From contig CAMBRL010000003.1 of the NCBI GenBank assembly GCA_945870105.1, positions 36 to 64,035 of the forward strand: DNA of 64,000 nucleotides, read 5' to 3'. The DNA is from Chitinophaga pinensis. Lineage in GTDB: Bacteria; Bacteroidota; Bacteroidia; SXHM01. Position numbers and translations under genes: made by a program. Under the pieces are notes generated by a model. The model worked only from the letters and a program-made list of their open reading frames with translations, searched no databases and was not told the origin of the DNA. This document shows, piece after piece, positions 58,362 to 64,000 of the stretch. Position 1 is the first letter of the stretch. Every line of letters begins with the position of its first letter.

Positions 58362-59717
58362 ATGAAATTTGAAGTAACCCCCTCATTTGTTTTTGAAGTG
58401 CACGATGCCATCAAGCATAAGCGGCACGATGATGTGGTTAAAATGCTGGAACCACTTCACCCTGCGGATATTGCTGAGCTTATCAAAGAATCGTGGACAC
58501 ACGATGCGCAATATGTTTACAATCTTTTAGACGAAGAAAAAGCTGCCGATGTATTGGTGGAAATGGATGATGATGTAAAGGATGGATTCCTTGCTTCACT
58601 TTCTTCCGAACAAATTGCCAAGCACATTGATAATCTTGATTCAGATGATGCTGCCGATTTGATTGCCGACCTTCCTGATGAAAAAATAAAGGAGGTTCTG
58701 GAGCAGATGGATGATGCCGAACAGGCAAGCGACATCGTTGACCTCTTGCGTTACGATGAGGACACCGCAGGCGGACTGATGGCAACCGAGTTAGTTACCG
58801 CCAACCTGAAATGGACGGTTCAGCAATCTATTGTTGAAATGAAAAGACAGGCAGAAGAAGTGGGAAGTATTTATACTGTGTATGTAATTGATGATGATGA
58901 AAAACTACACGGAATACTTTCATTAAAACGCCTGCTGATTTCGCCACCCGAAGAAAAAATAGAAAAGATTTATTTCAAAGATGTGATATCCATTAATGCT
59001 GCTGCAAAGTCTGAAGATGTAGCTACGTTATTTGAAAAATATGACTTGGTTGTAATTCCTGTGGTTGATATTACCGGCAAGTTGTTAGGCAGAATTACCG
59101 TGGATGACGTAATGGATGTAGTGCGTGAAGAAGCCAGCGAGGATTACCAGTTAATGAGTGGTATCTCTGAAAACATTGAGGCCGATGATAACCTGTGGGT
59201 AAGCACACGTGCGCGCCTTCCCTGGCTGATGGTTGCCCTTGCAGGTGGTGTGGTAGGTTCGCGTGTACTTACTTCTTATGAGCCACAAATTCAGATACAT
59301 CCTGAAATGGCTTTTTTTATGCCGCTGATTGCTGCTATGGGCGGTAATGTGGGTGTACAAAGTTCTGCACTTGTGGTACAAGGGCTTGCCAATAACACAA
59401 TAGGTAAAGGAGATATTATACCTAAATTATTTCGCGAATTAATTGTTGGTTTATTCAACGGATTAATCTGCGCTGTTTTGTTGCTGGCATACAATCTTAT
59501 CTTTAATGATTACATGGCATTGAGCGTAACTGTGAGCGTTGCATTGCTTTCGGTGATTGTGTTTGCGGCTATCTTCGGAGCATTTGTTCCACTGGTGCTC
59601 AATAAATTTAAAATTGACCCTGCGCTTGCTACCGGTCCTTTTATTACTACTTCTAACGACATCATTGGTCTTTTCATTTATTTTATGATAGGCAGACTGA
59701 TGTACGGGTTATTCTAA
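58362..59717 (+). CDS. mgtE: Magnesium transporter MgtE
   Basis: LHPADIA, TAGGLM, CBS pair, RARLPWL, GGNVGVQ, DPALATGPFITT. Confidence 0.95.
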   Translation: MKFEVTPSFVFEVHDAIKHKRHDDVVKMLEPLHPADIAELIKESWTHDAQYVYNLLDEEKAADVLVEMDDDVKDGFLASLSSEQIAKHIDNLDSDDAADLIADLPDEKIKEVLEQMDDAEQASDIVDLLRYDEDTAGGLMATELVTANLKWTVQQSIVEMKRQAEEVGSIYTVYVIDDDEKLHGILSLKRLLISPPEEKIEKIYFKDVISINAAAKSEDVATLFEKYDLVVIPVVDITGKLLGRITVDDVMDVVREEASEDYQLMSGISENIEADDNLWVSTRARLPWLMVALAGGVVGSRVLTSYEPQIQIHPEMAFFMPLIAAMGGNVGVQSSALVVQGLANNTIGKGDIIPKLFRELIVGLFNGLICAVLLLAYNLIFNDYMALSVTVSVALLSVIVFAAIFGAFVPLVLNKFKIDPALATGPFITTSNDIIGLFIYFMIGRLMYGLF

Positions 59718-59743
59718 TTTCCAACCTCTAACTTCCAACTACT

Positions 59744-61231
59744 ATGAACTTTGAAGAATACCGCAAACACGATGCAGTAGCATTAGCAGAACTGATAAAG
59801 AAAAAAGAAGTTACAGCCTCTGAACTTCTTGATATTGCTATCAAACGCACGGAGGAAGTGAACCCGAAAATTAATGCGGTGGTAACACCTTGTTATGATG
59901 TTGCAAAAGAACAGCAGAAAAGTGTTGATGCTACTTCTGTTTTTGCGGGAGTTCCTTACCTGATGAAGGATTTAGGGCCTGAATTGAAAGGTGTTCGCCA
60001 CACGATGGGAACGCGTTTTATGAAAGATTATATTCCGAAAGAAGACTCGGTTGTAACACAACGGGTGAAAAAAGCAGGGCTTGTAATCTTTGGAAAAACC
60101 AACACGCCTGAGTTTGGTTTAACACCTTTTACTGAAAGTGAATTACTGAAACCGGCACACAATCCTTGGAACACCGAACACACCACAGGCGGAAGCAGTG
60201 GCGGCAGCGGAGCTGCAGTGGCTGCGGGAATTGTTCCGATTGCCAGTGCAAATGATGGTGGTGGTTCTATTCGTATTCCCGCAAGTTGTAATGGTTTATT
60301 TGGAATGAAACCTTCGCGCGGAAGGGTTACGCTTGGTTTACAAAGCGGAGAACTTTGGGGTGGTGCTGTTTGTGAAGGATCTGTTTCACGCAGCGTGCGC
60401 GACAGCGCTTATTATTTAGATGCTATTCAAGGTTCAGCACCGGGAGAGCCTTACTCCATTCAAACACCTGAAAAACCGTATTCAGAAGAAATAAAAACGC
60501 AACCGGGCAAACTGAAGATTGCTTTTTCGCTGGAGCATCCGATGGGAATAAAGCAGGACGAAGAAAATGTTGCAGCCATTAATAACACCGTAAAGCTTTT
60601 AAAAAGTCTTGGTCACGAAGTAGAAGAAATACCACTACCCTACAAAAAAGAATTACTTACACAGATTCTTTACATGACGGTATTGGGAGAAACTTCTGCA
60701 ACCATTGACTATCTGGGTGAGCGAAACAACAAGAAGCCAACAATAAAAGATTTTGAACCCAACACCTGGCTGCTTTATAAATTAGGAAAATCATTTTCGG
60801 CAGGCGATTTTGCGTTGGCAAAACTGAAGTGGAACGAAACCACCCGTGCCATGGGACAATTCGGTTTAAAATACGATGCCCTGCTTACGCCAACCCTTGG
60901 GATGAAACCGTTTAAAATCGGTGCCTTGCAAAACAGCAAAGCCGAAGACATTGCATTAAGAACATTAAATGCACTTGGCAATACTTCGGTTATAAAAAAC
61001 GCGGGCATCATTGAAAAAACAGCTACTAAAATTTTCTCGTGGATACCGTATGCACCGCTTGCCAATATTACAGGACAACCTTCCATGACTGTTCCACTGC
61101 ATTGGTCAAAGGATAATTTACCTGTTGGCACTATGTTCACCGGCAGACTGAATGATGAAGCTACCTTATTTCAACTTGCAGCACAATTAGAAAAAGCGCA
61201 GCCGTGGTTTGAGAAAGTGCCAACAATCTGA
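59744..61231 (+). CDS. Amidase signature family enzyme
   Basis: GVPYLMKD, GKTNTPEFG, GGSSGGS, NDGGGSIRIPAS. Confidence 0.94.
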   Translation: MNFEEYRKHDAVALAELIKKKEVTASELLDIAIKRTEEVNPKINAVVTPCYDVAKEQQKSVDATSVFAGVPYLMKDLGPELKGVRHTMGTRFMKDYIPKEDSVVTQRVKKAGLVIFGKTNTPEFGLTPFTESELLKPAHNPWNTEHTTGGSSGGSGAAVAAGIVPIASANDGGGSIRIPASCNGLFGMKPSRGRVTLGLQSGELWGGAVCEGSVSRSVRDSAYYLDAIQGSAPGEPYSIQTPEKPYSEEIKTQPGKLKIAFSLEHPMGIKQDEENVAAINNTVKLLKSLGHEVEEIPLPYKKELLTQILYMTVLGETSATIDYLGERNNKKPTIKDFEPNTWLLYKLGKSFSAGDFALAKLKWNETTRAMGQFGLKYDALLTPTLGMKPFKIGALQNSKAEDIALRTLNALGNTSVIKNAGIIEKTATKIFSWIPYAPLANITGQPSMTVPLHWSKDNLPVGTMFTGRLNDEATLFQLAAQLEKAQPWFEKVPTI

Positions 61232-61336
61232 TTTTATCCATCAGTTACGGAAACTTAAATTTCCATGAATTTAGATTCATACCAACCTGATAAATCTTTA
61301 TTTTTGCCGCTCTTAAAAAACTCTAAACCCATTTAT

Positions 61337-62203
61337 ATGCTTAAAAAGTTTACGCTTGCCTTAGTTTTTATTTCCTCCTTAGTTATTGTTTACGATGCTA
61401 ATTACAACAATGCACATACTAATGGTACGGGTGCTCCTTCGGGACGCACAGGCTCGCCCGGGGACGGTGTAACCTGTAACAACGGAAGTTGCCATTCAGG
61501 TGCTGCACCTACTGATCAGGTGGCAACAATTACTTCAGATGTTCCTGTTGGCGGCTATGTTCCCGGAACAACGTATAACATTACGGCTACTGCAACTAAA
61601 TCGGGAGTAACAGAATTTGGTTTTCAACTATCACCACAAAATGCAAGCGGAACAAAACTGGGTGCGTTTGTAACACCACTGCCTGCAGGAACACAATTTG
61701 CAAACCCCAACACCGGTATGGCCAATAAATATGTTACGCACACTGGTTCTGGAACTGCCGGCAGCGGAGTTAAAACATGGACCATTCAATGGACTGCACC
61801 CACAGAGGGAACAGGGACAGTTACTTTTTACGGGGCTTTTAACTTTACCAACAGCAGCAATAGCAGTTCAGGCGATGTAATTAAAAATGCAACGCTTGCT
61901 ATTACTGAAAATACTACCATTGGTATAAACGAATCAGATGGCGGCAACGAAGGTTTTGTTGTGTTTCCAAACCCTGCAAGCGATATACTTAATGTTTCGT
62001 TTTTTCTGTATGAACTAACTAACGTAAGCGCAGAAATCTTTGACATTAACGGACGTTTGGTAAAACAAACTATTAGCGAAAACCTGCACCCCGGAAGACA
62101 TGAACTTAAATTCAATGCTCATAATGATATGGAAGCAGGAATTTATTTTATCCGTTTAAACGATGGTAAAAATGTTTACAGTAAAAAAGTAGTGGTGAAA
62201 TAA
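61337..62203 (+). CDS. Choice-of-anchor V / Reeler-like T9SS cargo
   Basis: TGSPGDGVTCNNGSCH, YVPGTTY, FGFQ, WTAP, VFPNPA CTD. Confidence 0.75.
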   Translation: MLKKFTLALVFISSLVIVYDANYNNAHTNGTGAPSGRTGSPGDGVTCNNGSCHSGAAPTDQVATITSDVPVGGYVPGTTYNITATATKSGVTEFGFQLSPQNASGTKLGAFVTPLPAGTQFANPNTGMANKYVTHTGSGTAGSGVKTWTIQWTAPTEGTGTVTFYGAFNFTNSSNSSSGDVIKNATLAITENTTIGINESDGGNEGFVVFPNPASDILNVSFFLYELTNVSAEIFDINGRLVKQTISENLHPGRHELKFNAHNDMEAGIYFIRLNDGKNVYSKKVVVK

Positions 62204-62208
62204 AAACA

Positions 62209-62257
62209 CTTCGGCAAGCTCAGTGTGACAACAATTGTCAGGCTGAGCCTGTCGAAG
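62209..62257. repeat. TTCGxCAAGCTCAG-type REP doublet
   Basis: CTTCGGCAAGCTCAGTGTGACA...TGTCAGGCTGAGCCTGTCGAAG; related single copy at 40489-40513. Confidence 0.7.
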
Positions 62258-62311
62258 CCTAATCAGATGGCAAGGTTATTGCCTTTTCAGAAACACAAAA
62301 AATTTATCAGC

Positions 62312-62689
62312 TTGAAAAAAAATATTCTTCTTCTTAGTGTTACCCTTGCAGCAACAGTGTTTGTGTTGCAGGGCTGTTTGAATGATAAGGGCAGCGTTCC
62401 TCTCCCGCCCGAAACTTTTTGCGACAGTCTGGATGTTAGCTACAATCTGCATGTGAAACCACTTGCAGAAACAAAATGTGCCAACAGCATCGGTTGCCAT
62501 GTATCAGGCGGAAGTGGCCCGGGTGATTTTTCTACCTATACAGCCTTAAGCGGTGTTTCGCAAACAGTTAAAATACGACTGGGACTACCCGCTACCGATG
62601 GATTACACATGCCACAGGGAGGAACGCTTACGCAGGAAGAACTGGATATTTTTCTTTGCTGGATAGAAGATGGTGCACTAAATAACTAA
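62312..62689 (+). CDS. Small cytochrome c-like lipoprotein
   Basis: Lipobox LQGC; CANSIGCH, distal MP, WIEDGA; TTG start inferred. Confidence 0.7.
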   Translation: MKKNILLLSVTLAATVFVLQGCLNDKGSVPLPPETFCDSLDVSYNLHVKPLAETKCANSIGCHVSGGSGPGDFSTYTALSGVSQTVKIRLGLPATDGLHMPQGGTLTQEELDIFLCWIEDGALNN

Positions 62690-62737
62690 ACAAAAAGCCA
62701 CACCCTAACCCCCGAAGGGGGAATAAAAGACATAGCC

Positions 62738-63304
62738 ATGAAAAACAACATTTTTCTATTTTCTATCTTCTATTTTCTATTTTCTATTGCTGTCTCAAAA
62801 GCGCAAACCGTTTACATCAGCGAAAGCACTGAAATTTCATTTTTCTCAAAAGCACCTATTGAAGATATTGATGCGGTGAATAAAATGTCCACTTCCATTA
62901 TTACACTGCATAACGATAGCATTGCGTTTAAAGTGCCCATTACCGGTTTTGTTTTTAAAGACGGACTGATGCAGCGCCACTTCAACAGCAATTACATGGA
63001 AAGCGATAAAAAAGGTTTTGAAAACGCTACGCTGAAAGGAAAAATAAATGAAGACATCGATTTTAAAACAGATGGTGAATTTAAAGTAACCTGCACCGGA
63101 ACATTGAAAATGCACGGAGTGGAACAACCACGAAATTTTGAAGGTGTGTTTATTGTAAAAGAAGGAAAGGTAAACCTGACCTCAAAATTTAAAGTATTGG
63201 TTGCAGACCACAAAATAAAAATCCCGGGGGACAAGGTGATGAACATCGGAAAAGAAATAGAAGTAAGTGTTTCGGCTAATTATAAACTGTATGTTAAACC
63301 ATAA
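62738..63304 (+). CDS. YceI family protein
   Basis: FFSKAPIEDI.A.N, LMQRHFN.NYMES, GTLKMHGV. Confidence 0.88.
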   Translation: MKNNIFLFSIFYFLFSIAVSKAQTVYISESTEISFFSKAPIEDIDAVNKMSTSIITLHNDSIAFKVPITGFVFKDGLMQRHFNSNYMESDKKGFENATLKGKINEDIDFKTDGEFKVTCTGTLKMHGVEQPRNFEGVFIVKEGKVNLTSKFKVLVADHKIKIPGDKVMNIGKEIEVSVSANYKLYVKP

Positions 63305-63307
63305 AGT

Positions 63308-64000
63308 ATGAGAATTTTTTTACTGTTTAGTTTTGTATTGCTTTCATCTTTTTCTGTTTTGGCGCAAGATGATATTATGAATCTGCTTGACGAGAATACC
63401 GAAAAAACAAAGAACGAACCTGTTCTTGAAACATTTAAAACCACTCGTGTTATTAATGCACAATCAACCGAAACGGTTCCAAAGAATGCGATGGACTTTC
63501 GTATTACGCACCGCTTCGGAAACATAGGTGCAGCAAGTGGTGGCGGTTTCAGTTCGTTCTATGGAATGGATAATGTTGCCAACATACGCATAGCATTTGA
63601 ATACGGAATTCTGGAGAACTGGATGGTAGGAGTTGGAAGAAGTAAAACATTGGGAAATATTGATGCTTTTACCAAATGGCGTTTCCTTACACAAAGCACT
63701 AACAATATAATTCCGTTGTCACTGGCGGTGTATTTCAACGCAGCTATTTCACCCATTAAACGCGAACTATTTTATGCCGATGTTCCGGTGCATAAAAACA
63801 ATATTCTGCACCGTCTTTCTTATACCGCACAATTAATCATTGCACGTAAATTCGGAAGCATTGGATCGTTGGAATTATTGCCAACCTATGTTCATCGAAA
63901 TTATGTAAAGGTGGGAACAGATATTAATAGTGACTTTGTAAATCCAACTAATGGAGCAACAGATAAAAACGGACTGTTTGCATTAGGCGCAGCAGCGCGG
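63308..64000 (+). CDS. DUF5777-like beta-barrel protein (partial)
   Basis: Manual translation MRIFLL...AQDDIMNLL...TFKTTRVINAQSTE...FRITHRFG; open to window end. Confidence 0.8.
   Translation, partial: MRIFLLFSFVLLSSFSVLAQDDIMNLLDENTEKTKNEPVLETFKTTRVINAQSTETVPKNAMDFRITHRFGNIGAASGGGFSSFYGMDNVANIRIAFEYGILENWMVGVGRSKTLGNIDAFTKWRFLTQSTNNIIPLSLAVYFNAAISPIKRELFYADVPVHKNNILHRLSYTAQLIIARKFGSIGSLELLPTYVHRNYVKVGTDINSDFVNPTNGATDKNGLFALGAAAR

Overview
Chromosomal window from a Bacteroidota bacterium, judged by porZ, several T9SS C-terminal-domain cargo proteins and recurrent TAnnTTTG promoters. It is mostly housekeeping genes (recO, lipB, rpiB, tsaB, rpmA/rplU, metG, rsmA, mgtE, tRNA-Arg(CCG)). There is a candidate oriC at 8.65-9.1 kb and several interspersed REP-like and heptamer repeat families, some inside ORFs. 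The most unusual signal occurs twice. Two divergent homologous uncharacterised helical proteins (23556-24542 and 40602-41330, both minus strand) each have, on their upstream side and in the same orientation, a non-coding array with a 21-bp period. Each unit is a short conserved ATTCCTA-type core plus variable sequence (15 units at 29410-29724; 9 units at 41401-41590). In the first copy about 4.9 kb lies between gene and array: a LuxR-type HTH gene, a decayed vsr, a NUDIX plus PLD-helicase-DUF3427 candidate defence pair, and a structured element. Products were assigned by motif recognition only; no searches were run.
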